Positions 9,280-21,950 of a DNA stretch of 64,000 bases are shown here, in pieces. Both the position numbers and the translations under genes were made by a program. The first letter of the stretch is position 1. Each line of letters begins with the position of its first letter. This stretch comes from Octopus sinensis. Its lineage: Eukaryota. Below the pieces are notes generated by a model. That model saw only the letters and a program-made list of their open reading frames with translations. It was not told the DNA's origin and did no database searches. The stretch lies in NCBI RefSeq assembly GCF_006345805.1, contig NC_043003.1, forward strand, positions 92,318,001 to 92,382,000. Direction: 5' to 3'.

Positions 9280-12200
9280 ATGATCAAGATTGGCTGTGTA
9301 AATGCACGTGGCTTGGGGTCCCCTTGGAAACAAGGGTACCTCTTAAATGACATAAAGTCACATAAGTTAGAAATCATAGCCATAAGTGAGACCAGACTCC
9401 ACAATCCGCGGGCCCTAAAGACCATGTTTGGCGGACAGTTCAACATTTATTTTCCCCCCTGTCTGCCAAGAATGGGCGGTAGTGGCACCCCAGTACTTTT
9501 TCGCAAGAGTCTGGATCTCAAAGTAAAGACAATATTCGTAGACCCGGAGGGTAGACAGGTCGTCCTGGATGTCGATGGCAGCAATGGGTGCGCTTTTCGA
9601 CTCGTATCAGTCTACGCACCGCTCTTAACAGGTCGGGCGGATTTCTTTCAACGTCTAGAAGTATTCTTGGGAACGTCTCGTCCTTTACTCTTAGTGGGGG
9701 ATTGGAATGCTACCTTGGACACGCATGTAGACTATGTGGGTAGAGATAGGAATAGACGGGGATGCAAATGCCTCAGAGACCTGCTCAGACGCTTTCAACT
9801 GTCTGACAGGTTCCGACAAGACCACCCGAATGCGCCAACGTGGACATGGAGCAACCGCATCGGGTCGTCGAGATCATATCTAGATAGAATACTGTGTAGG
9901 ACAGTAGACAGAGATAGCATAGGATGTCCACAATTCCACATAGTCAGCTACACGGATCACAAACTTGTGACATGTACGCTAGACTTAGGTAAGACACTTA
10001 GACAGGGTCCCGGATACTGGAAACTAAACGAGACTTTCCCATCGAGACAGGTTTTCAGACACCGGATTAGCACACTAGTAAAGAGGGCTTTGACGGGAGC
10101 CATCATCAACAACAAATGGTGGTTTGTCCTCAAGAGAGCAGTAAAAGCAGAAGCGATTAGGTACAGCAAAGCACTAGCCATAGATAGAAATAGAGTAGAG
10201 GGTGAGCTAGTTAAGAAGCTAGGAGAGGCAATTAGAAGCGGCATCGCATCCGACGTTTTGGCGGCAATGTTGGCTCTCGACCAACACTTCAACGCCAAGC
10301 ACGAAAGGTGTGCTGTCAGAGCTAGGATGCGTGCTCTAAGGAACGAAGGTGTTGGAGCCGCGAGAGAGGCCCGGGTGGCAGAGGCGCAACAGGGCAACAA
10401 AGCCACCATTCGGTCTCTGATAGATGAACAGGGGCGCGAATTGATCGAGCCAAGTAAAATGTGTGAGGCCTTTCAACAGCATTTTGCCCGACTGTTCGGG
10501 ACGAGTGGCGGGCAAGAACGTAGGGTGGACTTCAGTGCCTACCTACACAGCCTACCACGACTCTCGACAAGAGAGGCAAGGCGCTGCGAAGTTGCCATCA
10601 CGGCGGCGGAAGTGCAGGATGCGATGGCAGAATGCTCGAGGGACAAATCGCCGGGTTTGGATGGTCTACCCTACGTGCTTTACTGTTGTATGCCAGACTT
10701 GTTTGGAGACGTCTTGGCAGCGGTGTACTGCAACTGGCAGCAAAACGGGAGCATTCATGGTTTTGTGAGCCAAGGAGCCGTAACACTGCTGAAGAAAGAT
10801 CCAAACAAGGGGAATGTAATAGATAACTTTAGGCCCATCACTCTGCTTAATGCAGACTTGAAAATTTTGACCAAGGTGTTAGCCAAGAGGTTGGCGCTTG
10901 TCATCGAGAAACTGGTCGACAAGGCGCAAACGTGCGGCGTGCCGGGCCGGAGCATCCATGACAACCTCCACCTGATGCGCTACATCATAGACAGGGTAGT
11001 TAAGGAACCTGGCATGGGTGTGGCGCTGATCAATTTGGATCAATCGAAAGCTTTCGATAGGGTAGACCATCGATACTTGGAGGCAGTCCTCAGAGCGGCT
11101 GGCCTCGATCCCGTCTTCTGCGGCTGGATAGCCGCTTTGTACAGAGGCATCCGTTCGGTAGTTCGCGTAAATGAACATCTATCGAGACCTTTCGACATCG
11201 CACGTTCGGTCCGTCAGAGATGCCCCCTATCGTCGCTTCTATACGTATTGACTCTCGAGCCATTATTGCGGAAGCTGGCAACTCTGAGGGGCATCCCGCG
11301 AGAACTGGGATGCGGGACGAACGTGTCTGCATACGTGGACGACGTCACCGTCATGGTGTCTAGCCACGAGCACATTGAGCAGGTCGGCGAGACACCGAAA
11401 GACTACGAAGCTGTGACAGGAGCGAAAATCAACCGGGAAAAATCAGTGGGCTTGCGACTCGACGCCTCGAGAAGCAAGCCCATGCCGTCCACCAGCGCTC
11501 CCGTTGTGGGACGCTGGACCGACGGTCCGGTCGAGTTGCTTGGGGTCTGGTTTGGTCCGGACCTCCAAATGGAGAAGAACTGGAACGAGATAACGAGTAG
11601 GGTGGTCACTCTCGCCCGGCAATGGGCCGAGAGGAAATAGTCCCTAAAAGGTCGGGAGGAGGTGGCGAACACGTACATCGCGTCCGTCATCTACTACCGC
11701 CTGACCGTCGTGCCTTGTCCCGACCCTAACATAACCAAACTAGAACGCATTCTCTTTCGCTTCTTGTGGAAAGGATGCGTCCCGATGGTCAGGCGATCCA
11801 TTTGCTGCCAACACCCGTTAAAGGGAGGACTGGGCATGCCGTGGTTGATGATGCGCAGACACGCGCTGAGACTGCGACATCTCAGGCTCTACGTAGACGA
11901 CGGTGAACAGGTGTGGTCGCCGTTTGTGAGGCACGCTTTCTCGCAACTCGTCTCCATGACCGAACTGCAGTCGTAGATCAAAAAGAAGCCGAGGAAGGGC
12001 GAATGGCACCGCGAGTGTCGCGTTGCTCTCAAGCAACTCTGCCACCCCGGGTCGACCTTGAGTGACTCCAACACAACCCAAGCATTCTATAGGGGATTAG
12101 TGGAGGGGAGATACGACGACGAGCTCGGGGCGAACCTAGGCGTCGACGAGGAATACCTGACCCGCCTGTTCGGGACGACTTTCGGGCCAGGGCCCATGGA

Positions 12201-13035
12201 CAACTTCCAGAGATCCCTGGCCTGGCAGTGCTACCGAGAAGCGCTATCCGTTCGGGATAAGCTCTACAGACACGGCTCGAGAAACACGGGGCTGACCTGC
12301 CCGAGATGCGGTCAGAGCGACGAAACCATTCTGCACGCAATCGTGCAGTGTCCAACAATTTCCGAACTGTGAGCTTATGTCGAACAACTACTGTCACGTG
12401 TGGGATGAGTCGGTTTATCAGCCGAGTCTATCGTCAATATTGTCACGCCTCCTTCCTTCAAACGGGAAGGAAGAGCTATTTTCATCATCCTTGTGGCTAT
12501 GGCGAAAGAATAGTGGACGCGTCTGAAAGGATTGGAGAGAAACACTTTCCTCTCCGGACAATCTCTCATCAACTTCTTCAAGTATCACTTGAAAAGGAAA
12601 GTGAGGGTAGAGAGGCAAGTTTTGTCTAGCGAATGTTTTAAAAAAAGATGGGTGAATGTAAGTAAGGATGGCACGTATGAATGACGAAGCCACCTTGAGC
12701 ATAATCCTATGAACCCAGAAATTGAAAACAGAGGTTTACCCACTTGCAAACAAATGTGGTAACATGTAACAATATTGATCGAGCTTACCGTGGTCTTTTC
12801 TGTAGACTTTTCTTCCCACGGATAAACCTTATCTGCTTCCCCCTTTACACCGTACATCATAACACTGTGATACACGATCCCTATTGATCATTTTTTTTTT
12901 TCTTTTTCCCCTTTTTTCCTTTCCCTTTTAATCGAAAACCTACCCCACCTTTTTTTTTTCCTCCAAAAAAAGAAAAGCTCTACTTTGTAATCTGTCCCAT
13001 CTGTGTGCAGCCCTGTGTGGCTAACAAAGAAAAAA
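9280..13035 (+). mobile_element. Tx1/L1-clade LINE ORF2 (APE endonuclease, RT, C-terminal Cys/His motif; ~9280-12712) and 3'UTR
   Basis: IGCVNARGL, IAISET, GDWN, YLDRI, TDH (APE); PGLDG, NFRPITLLN, LDQSKAFD, YVDD (RT); CPRCGQSDETILHAIVQC. In-frame stops at 11638, 11974, 12370, 12406, 12511 and a frameshift at ~12660. T-rich 3'UTR ends ctaacaaagaaaaaa. Confidence 0.93.
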
Positions 13036-14143
13036 TTGGAAGATATAAGGTTAAATATTGGTTGAACCACTAATTATGGGGAAGAAAAGGATGGACACAC
13101 ACACATAAAAAAAAGTTTCTGCACAATTTCCATCCACCAAATTTCCTTCAGAAGCTACAGGTCAATTCAACACTAGAGTAATGGACACATGCTATATACA
13201 CAGAATTGTAGGATTGAACCACTGCCACTGAATTGGCAATATGTTTTCCATTTCTTTTTAGAAAATAAGATTTTTTTGTATTTTCATTAGCAAATTGTAA
13301 AACAAATAAATATCTTTATTAGTTCTATTAATAGCAAAAAATTTAATTTAAGAAAGAAAAATAAATTTGCACTTGTTATTCGAAGTTTTATGGGATTTTT
13401 TTTTTAATAATTGATCTGGGAAATGCTGTTTGACTTCTAAACAATATGAAAGACTACATGCTTATACTGTTAAGCTAAATGTAGGCACAGACATATACCA
13501 CTGTGGAAAAAAACAAACAAACTCAAAAATAGGTAGTTACAAAATTCTATGATACATTAACAACAGCTTCAAAAAACAACACTGTGTTGAGATGTATATC
13601 ACCAACAATATATTCAGAGACTCAGTAATTGTGATGCTGACCAAATCCACATTGCTTGCCTCTGTATGGCCACCACCAGAATCTGCATGTGTACAGGAAT
13701 GAATTAGACACTGTACTTCATATCCAGGCTGTCACACTGTATTCCATGCAATTCATCATTGCAGGCTGGAGCAGTTAACATAGTTCTAAATTAGGTACAA
13801 TTTAAGCAACAGATATGTGGGACACATCTACTTGTTCAGCCAGCAGTGTGTTATAGATTGGCCCAGTCACAGCTGGAATGGGGCTAAGGACAACAATACA
13901 ACTCCATAAAAGCTGAACCTGTTCATTTCTTAAATATATTAAATTCTAGTATTTTGTAGGTTATTTCAGAATTTTGTCAAACATCACTGGCATGCAGATA
14001 CTAAATTATAAATATCCATTATCATTGGCACTGCTATCATTACACTAATAAAACTATAACTTTCCAATATTTTTAAAGTGTATTAACCATACTGTCCTAA
14101 GGCAGTTGTCTCCTCACCATTCATTTCCATTGTTCATATGCAT

Positions 14144-14207
<64 letters not shown>

Positions 14208-14211
<4 letters not shown>

Positions 14212-14560
14212 TCTCCTAGACTTATGACCTATACAACTTAAGACCATCTGCACTTATGACCATAATAAATAAATAATCGATTTTCAGACGTGGGGCAGCT
14301 GTGTGTATGATAACTATGGCAGCATCTGGCAATGAAGGCCTCCTGCAGACCCAGGCATTCACTGCCTGCCACTGTCTTTCACTCAGTCACTTTCAAACAT
14401 CAGTTGCATGTGGATTTGTAGCAACTGTGTCTGAAATACCACTAAAATGACCTGTAAAAGGAAAATGCTTTCATCTACAGATGCACCAGCTAAGAAATCA
14501 AGGAAGACTTAATTTAGACTATAAAATGCAGATTATCTAGCAGTTTGAAGGTGGAAAGAA
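14208..14560 (+). mobile_element. Tigger/pogo-like transposon 5' relic
   Basis: Subterminal gacttatgacc repeats, then a decayed CENP-B-type N-terminus (KRKMLSSTDAPAKKSRK...LDYKMQII*QFEGGKKVNTI). Confidence 0.6.
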
Positions 14561-14863
14561 GGTGAATACAATTAGAAAAGACAATCTAGAATTAGAATGG
14601 GAAATACAAGAAATAGAGTAGTTGCTAGTTTATAAGACAAAAGAACTTTCAAATGAAGAGTATTTTTCACATTATGTACAATAATTATGGATTAAATTTC
14701 TGTTTTATATTTTTATAATCCATTTGATTGAAAATAGTGTTGAAAAATATAAATCTGACATACATTGATTTACAACCTGTCAGTCAGAATCGAACTTAGT
14801 CATAAGTGAAGAAGAAGGGGTGTATGCATGTGTGTATACACGTGTGTGTGTGTGTGTGTGTGT

Positions 14864-15492
14864 AATTGTTAAAGAGAACAACGAACTTTAAAGCAAGGTA
14901 AAACATCTCACGTCACACACATTATTATTGGAAAAAAATTTAAAGACTTACAGCTGTTTCTGGGATATCACAGAGTATGGGATATTCCATCATCAGAGAC
15001 AAATAGGGAAAATGAGAAGGGTATGAATTAATGAAATGACAACATAGAGGACAGGAGTAAAGGAATAAGGTGACAAAGAAAAAGAAGCATAACAGTTCAC
15101 AGTTCACCTTTCCAATCATGTAGAAGTCAGTCCGTAAGTCCTTGGGTGCAATCCTGCATAAATCCATTTATTTATTTTGCGTGGTCAGGATTTTAACCTA
15201 CATGGATTTACGCAGGATTGCACCTAAGGACTTAGACTGACTTCTACATGATTGGAAAGTTGAACTGTGAACTTTTATGCTTCCTTTTCTTCATCTCCTT
15301 ATTCCTTTATTCCTGTCCTCTATGTCGTCATTTCATTAATCTATATCCTTCTCATTTTCCCTTTTGTCTCCGATGACGAAATATCTCAGAAGTAGCTGTA
15401 AGACTTTGAATTTCTTTCCAATAATAATAATAATGATGTATATGACTTGAGATGTTTGTCTTGCCTTAACGTTTGTTGTCCCCTTAAACAAT
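14864..15492. repeat. Fold-back of a PLE pLTR-like repeat: ~300-bp arms (14864-15167, 15202-15492), 34-nt spacer
   Basis: The arms are clear but diverged reverse complements. Each carries a hammerhead-type motif. The same family occurs at ~58190-58460. Confidence 0.9.
14945..15000 (-). ncRNA. Minimal type I hammerhead motif with a canonical core
   Basis: GUCU-CUGAUGA-UGGAAUAUC(ccauacucugu)GAUAUCCCA-GAAA-CAGCUG-UA-AGUC. Palindromic loop 3, GUA cleavage triplet, stem I only 4 bp with one U-U mismatch. Confidence 0.65.
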
Positions 15493-15717
15493 TATATATC
15501 CACTAAATCAGAAATCTGCAATGGCTCCATAACTACCACCTTGGCTATAACCGTGGAGCCCTAGTAATCCATTACAGTACTTATCTAGCATACCTAGTTG
15601 TTTATCCATGAACTAAACCCCCATATTATATATATTTATATATATCTCCATACATACATGCACATATATATACATATGTGGATACATATATATGGTGTGT
15701 GGATGTCTATATGTGTG

Positions 15718-15769
<52 letters not shown>

Positions 15770-16302
15770 TACATAGATGTGTGTGTGTGTGTATATATAT
15801 GTATACATGCATGCATATATTATATATTTATGTATGCATGTGTAAAGGAGAGGTGTAACTGATAAGGATTACAGTGACAAATTAAGGGGAAAATGTTACA
15901 GATTACAGTAATTTTTCATTTATAGTAGTAAACAAAGCTATTAAAGTCTATAAGCATTTTGGGCCCACCCTAGCCGCTCACTTCAAGCAACTGAATTACT
16001 ATGACCAACCCTATTCTGATCCATCTTAATCCCTTTCCATCCTGCTAAGTCTCTACTTGACTTAAATTTCAAACAAGCTCCAGCTTAATTGAGCACCTTG
16101 ATTTGCCAACCTTCCAGCAGATATAGAATGTTAACAGCCCTACCAATGTAGGAAAGGAGTCAAAACAAACAAATGAAAAATGATAAAGAAACTAGTAGTG
16201 TACAGAATGACCAGTAGCTTGGAGAGTGAGCAGTGTTTTAAATGTAGTTGAGGGATTGACAAACAGATTAAAGAAATCAAAGGAAGTATTATAGAGTTAG
16301 GT

Positions 16303-16308
16303 TTTATT
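16303..16308 (-). promoter_or_regulatory. Candidate ASPP polyadenylation signal (AATAAA)
   Basis: First minus-strand AATAAA I found downstream of the stop, ~350 nt away. The hexamer is common in AT-rich DNA, so support is weak. Confidence 0.3.
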
Positions 16309-16653
16309 ATACAGATATATATATATACATATATATATATATAATGATTTCTTAATGAGATGGTTGAATGTGGGATAACAAATGAATGTGGTTTGATTGA
16401 TCACTGTCATTGGAGTAAGTAATCAGAGACAGTTCTGTTGTGCTTTGTTATTGTTCAAATGTGTCTGTAAACCAACTCAACTGTAGCCAAACTAATCGAA
16501 TATTTACAGAAACACAAGTATTCTATTACCAATGAGTGATGATGATGATGATGATGATGATAACAGGGATGAGCATGTATCAGATCAAGATTAAGATGAC
16601 TACAGTGAGTATAAACTAAAGTGTAACAAAACAACTTTGGCTGGCTAACTCTG

Positions 16654-16701
16654 TTAGCTGTTTGACCAACGGCTTTCCTCTGCCAGTATCCTTGGTTGTA
16701 A
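16654..16701 (-). CDS. ASPP: ASPP terminal coding exon (LQPRILAEESRWSNS*)
   Basis: Strong acceptor ttttgttttttcag, phase 0. Continues ...RNMIG|LQPRI, matching the ASPP family ...LLG|LYPRI. Stop TAA at 16656-16654. Confidence 0.85.
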   Translation of the reverse strand, partial: LQPRILAEESRWSNS

Positions 16702-17324
16702 CTGAAAAAACAAAAGCAAATAAGATGGAATGAGTGGTACATATAGCTATATAAATTCACTTATACATAAATAAATACAAACACAAATAGCTAATTGGGT
16801 AGATAAACAAAAATGTATACATTAATAAAATACCTACAAACAGAAATGTGTATACATGAATGCAAATACAATGTATAGCTAGCTAGACAGATGAAAATAA
16901 GCATTACATCAGGATCCTTTTAACATCGACTTTGCCATGCTAGCACGGGTTGGACAGCGTTTATTGATCGATTTTCTACAGCACGGACTGCACTCGAAAC
17001 TGCAGTCCGTGCGTATCGCTTAGGTTACGAGAGAGGATGACCTCCCTTTGCAAATATAAGAGCACAGAAAGTGTGCCTAAAGCCAGCTGGAGACGATGAT
17101 CTCCTGGGGCTAAAAGCTACAGTAACACCCACCCTTAGTGGTTAGCCATATTGATATGGCTAGTATACTTTACGTCGTCGAGCGGTTACTGTTCAGAGAT
17201 TTATAATATGTTTACTCTTGTCCTCAAAACCTTTTTCAGTAAAAAGGCATTATTGTCCATTTCTAAGGGTCATTTTTGTGTAAGTATATAACTGTCCTCA
17301 AATACCTTATGCACTTTTCATCTT

Positions 17325-17685
17325 TTATTTGCTTCAGTCATTGAACTGCAGCCATGCTGGGACATTACCTTGAAGGTTTTAGTCAAACAAATCAACCTCT
17401 GTACTTACTTTTAAGCCAGGTACTTATTCTGCTAGTCTGTTGAACCCCCAAGGTTATGAGGAACATAAACAAACCAACAGTGGCTGTCAGCTAGTGGTGA
17501 AGGACCAACACATGCACATATATGATGGACTTCTTTAAATTTTTCTCAACCAAATTCACTCACAAGCCTTTGGTTGGCCTAAGGCTTCAAGAGAAGACAC
17601 TTGCCTAACATGCAACACCATGGGATTGAACCGAGAACCATGTGGTCGGGAAGCAAACTGCTTATCACACAGCCATCCCAGCATT
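17325..17685 (-). mobile_element. SINE family A in the last ASPP intron
   Basis: Reverse complement of the family A consensus (head, pol III box-like region, tail gactgaagcaataaaaga). Confidence 0.75.
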
Positions 17686-17758
17686 TATATGTACCTAACA
17701 GAATGAAAATCGAGATAAGTTGTGTCATTAAAAGAAATGAAAACTGCAGAGTACTTAC

Positions 17759-17958
17759 TCCTATCATGTTTCTAGCAACATAGCCTTCACGATTTTTAAT
17801 ACGAGACCACCACCATTCTTTCTCATTCTCATCTCCCTTGCGTAGGACAGTTATCTCTTCACCTATCTTGAAGGTGAGTTCATCAGAATTCTGGGCTTCA
17901 TACGAAAATATTGTAAACACTTTACCATTATTGACAATTCCAAGTTTTTCTTGCACAC
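17759..17958 (-). CDS. ASPP: ASPP SH3 exon
   Basis: VQEKLGIVNNGKVFTIFSYEAQNSDELTF...EWWW...GYVARNMIG. Acceptor ttcttttag, donor GTAAGT, phase 1 in and 0 out. Confidence 0.96.
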
Positions 17959-18074
17959 CTAAAAGAAAAAAAGAAAAAATACAAGCAGGTAGTTTAGTTA
18001 ATAATTGGTAAAAACTGCCTTTTTTTGTTTAACTAAAGATAAAGCAGAAATAACGTTCAGCTTGGGTCAACATA

Positions 18075-18292
18075 CAAGAGGGTGCTGAAAAGTTCTTGGG
18101 CTTGAGGGTATCATGAAAGGCCTGGTTGGAGGCCCAAACTTCCAAGTTTTTTCACAGGGCTTAGAAAAACTGAAAGACTGCTGTAACAAGTGTGTGAATC
18201 TGAAAGGGGAATATGTTGTATATAAATCATAATTAACTGATCCTCCTGTATTTTCTTTTACTGAAAGCCAGGAACTTTTCAGCATCCCCTCA
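18075..18292. mobile_element. Mariner-derived MITE (~218 bp)
   Basis: TA-flanked TIRs caagagggtgctgaaaagttc / gaacttttcagcatcccctca. A second copy lies inverted at ~48754-48973. Confidence 0.75.
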
Positions 18293-18606
18293 TACATCAG
18301 ATGTGGGTTATGGCAGAGAGGACCTATGACTATAGAAGCTGTGATGTGTAGAGTTGCTAATACATTCTGTTGGTGAAATCTGATGTATAGAATTATTGAA
18401 ACAGCAATTGTAAAATCTGAGGTGTATAAAATTACTGATGTCTTTAACTGTTAAACCAAATGTATAACATTGTACACAACCATGAATGGTGTGTAGACTG
18501 AAATATCACTTCACCATGCAGTAGATATAGTACTCTTACTGGGGAGAAAGGTATTAGTAAGGTGTTGCTGCTCTGAGAAACCAGATTCTATATCTTACAC
18601 ATCCAC

Positions 18607-18946
18607 TCCTAACGCCAGCCACTCCGAGAGTGTAGTGGGTGCTATTACGTGCCACCGGTACGAGGACCAGTTAGGTGGTACTGGCAACGGCCATGCTCAA
18701 ATGGTGCAGGTGGCACATAAAAAGCACCATTTGAGCGTGGCCGTTGCCAGTACCACCTAACTGGCCCTCGTGCCGGTGGTATGTAAAAGCACTCATTACA
18801 CTCTCAGAGTGGTTGGCGTTAGGAAAGGCATCAAGCTGTAGAAACTCTGCCAGATCAGATTGGAGTCTGGTTCGCCAGCCCTCAGTCAAATCGTCCAACC
18901 CATGCTAGCATGGAAAGCAGACGTTAAACGATGATGATGATGATGA
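18607..18946 (+). mobile_element. 5'-truncated RTE tail whose 5' part is folded back (101-bp arms, 16-nt spacer)
   Basis: 18607-18707 is the reverse complement of 18724-18824. Ends ggaaagcagacgttaaac(gat)n like the LINE at 1-2779. Confidence 0.88.
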
Positions 18947-19630
18947 TCCAAGAACAGACAGAACTATCACAGTTAATTACCAACTCTGGGAAGGTCAATA
19001 TCTGTGTTACAGATTTAGCCACAAAAATATAATATTCAATATTTTAAAATAATATACAATAATTGTCAATATTCCTTTCAGTAAAATATGTATCTGACTG
19101 TCTTTGTTGTTGTAGACACCTTTGCTGTTGTATATAATGAGGATCAATCTTTGTCACATTTAATTTGAAGAAAACTGCTTTATTCTACTTAAAACTTTTT
19201 ACTGATAGTTTATTTGGGACAAATGTACTATTCTTCATCACAACTTTTCTAGTATGTCTTAAGGGAAAATATGGTTGATTCTTTTAGAAGGTAATTAAAT
19301 AAATGTAAGCCTTTAAATGCTAAACTGTTGCAATATATGCTTCTAAAATTTCTGTATAAAAATCTATGGAGAAAGCCCTTCAAGAATCTACACACACACA
19401 AACACACACACACATGGGTGTGTGTATACCAAATTTTCTTTCTAATTTTCCAGAAATGAGATTAGCTTTCAATAATACAGCAATTATTGCCATTCTGAGA
19501 TAAAATTATCTAAGTATTCAATTTAGTATATTTTACACGACAGTCATTAATCTGTGGAAAAATCAATAACAAACATTTAAATAAAGTAGCTGTTTAAATG
19601 AATAAAATAATATTAACGTGAATAACTTAC

Positions 19631-19797
19631 TGTAAAGATAATCAGAGCATATCTCATAACCAGCTTCACCTTCCTCACATTTCTTGGCAGCAGTCTCATG
19701 GTCACTGAGTGTTGTTGCAAATATACAGGCACCATGGTTCACTAATAACTGCACCATGTATAAATTGTTACAAGATGCAGCACAATGGAGAGGCGTC
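19631..19797 (-). CDS. ASPP: ASPP ankyrin exon
   Basis: (W)[55 protein letters not shown](S). Acceptor ctttctacag, donor GTAAGT. Confidence 0.97.
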
Positions 19798-21542
19798 CTG
19801 TAGAAAGAGATGTGGAATGAAATGACATTAGGCTGACAAATATCTACAACATTGTTTGATGGTGGATTCAATGAAAGGGTTTGTAGCTTAACTTCTAAAT
19901 ATAACAGCTATATCTTCTCTCAAGCACATCAATTACCTTGGCATCCCTAGAACAAAATAAGCCAATTATCATAATGTCTAAGATGAATTCTTATTAATGC
20001 AATTGTAATTTTCCTAATTATAAACCTTGTATTTAAATTCCTCAGTCTGCTTTTCCAAGCTTGCATAGTCAGATGAAAGTAGGGCAGAGTTTTCTTTGAC
20101 CAGCTACCATTTCTGTTGCTAACTTCCACCTGTTTCCAAACAACAAACTGCTCAGACAAGCTTATGGGAAGAATTGAAAAGAAATGACGCTGAAGAAAAC
20201 CTTTTTGTTTACAAATATCACAAAAATGTTTTTAAAATGAATAAAAAATGTTATGGTATATCAAGAAACTTGAACATGCTTTCATAGTGGACTGCAAACA
20301 GATTACACCAATAGCAAAGCTATTGTTTACTACCAGTAAGCAAAATGTACACAAAAACATGAGGGAAATAGAAAATCATACAAGCACACATATAAAATGG
20401 GCTTTAGGTGGCACAGAAGACATTTAACCAAGATGCCATACAGTGGAAATGAAACTGAACAATGTGGTTGGGAATCAAAATTCTTAACAACAGAGCCATG
20501 CCTGTATCATCATCATCATCATCATTTAATGTCTATTCTGTACAATGTTTTATTTGATTTCTGATTATTATCAGGTGTCTTAATCCACACTGGATTCAAA
20601 ATAGGAACCTTTATTCCTAAACTAAGATATCAATAATGAATATGCACTGGTCTGTTTTGTAGATAAGATAGCTAGTGATAAATGACAATCAAAACAACCA
20701 ACAAGCAGCAATATATAAATCTTGTAAATACATACACTAAAAGTGGGTCCAGAAAATAATAAAATTAATGACATGAACCAATCAGAGAAGTTCTAGTGAG
20801 GTCATGTTATCAAAGGATACAAAGGTCAAATCTAACCTATAAAAAATAAATCCTACAGTTTTAAGTAAAGCTTCATCATATTTTAAGCCCTTAAAAAAAA
20901 ATCATAGCCAGCACATGGATGAGTTACTCAGACATCAGAAGCCTGTCGTGGTCCAATAAATACCAGCGATATATAGTGAGCGTAACTTAGTGGTGAAAAA
21001 TGGGAACACATGAAGAACATTGAGATTGTTGGTTATAGATCTCTTTGCTACATGTCAACTAGATTAACAACTGACACAGATTAGTCAACAACAATGTGGA
21101 TAGCTTTCATTCAAATTTATATATACATACATACATATAACTACACAAGATGGTTCTGTAGGTCTAAGCCTAAAGCATCTCAATACACTGCACAAAGTAC
21201 TGTAGGATACAAACAGGAAAATTAACAAAGACGTAAACCCAACAGATCAATTCCTTTAACCTTAAAGATTAGTATCGAATCTTAAGAAGCTGGTTATGTT
21301 GTACACCCACTTTCTCTTCTGCAAGGTGGCTTACTTTACTGTTATTGAGCAAACTGGTTAAGCCTTTACACAGTCACTCAGCCTGCTAAAAACTACTTCT
21401 ATCATCTAAAAAAGGAGGAAGAACACACTAGCAATGTAATACTAGATACAATAAAGATATCTTGACTGGAACATCATTGATTATAGGTCAGCATGATACG
21501 GGCTAACCCAAGGTTAAACAACAGCTACAACAACTGCATTAT

Positions 21543-21950
21543 CATTCATCATCATCGTTTGACCGTGGTCGAGACAATGGAATTTACTATGTTACGCCAG
21601 ACTTCATGGTCCATCATAGCATTACGGAGGTCCTGTTGCTGGATGCAGGTATCCCTGGAGATTACATCAGGGTAGGAGAGTGTGCGCCCTCTGGTATCGC
21701 GAGCGGATGGCTTCCAGAAGAGAAGAGTAGAAATTACCTCATTTTCAGCTCTACAACAATGTCCAGCAAACTGGACTCTCATGCCTTTCATGAGAGATGA
21801 TACAGGTGGTAATTTCCCATATATTTGTACTTTGGTTGGATGATGCTTCCACGAGAGATTTTGAGCTCTCATAAGGAGGCAAGTGTAAGTTCCATCCAAC
21901 CGCCTCTCAAGCTTCTTTGATAACGTCCAGGTTTCTGAGCCATATACACT
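21543..21950 (-). mobile_element. 5'-truncated RTE-clade LINE of a second family
   Basis: YGSETWTL...FAGHCCRA...WRNIV C-terminus followed by a (TGA)n tail. Confidence 0.85.

Noticed and set aside
9957-12397. Antisense and alternative-frame ORFs overlapping Tx1 ORF2
   Set aside because: These are shadow ORFs of a GC-balanced coding sequence with no independent motifs.
13040-14090. Second gene or exon in unique-looking sequence
   Set aside because: No ORF of note, no recognisable motif and no convincing splice pair.
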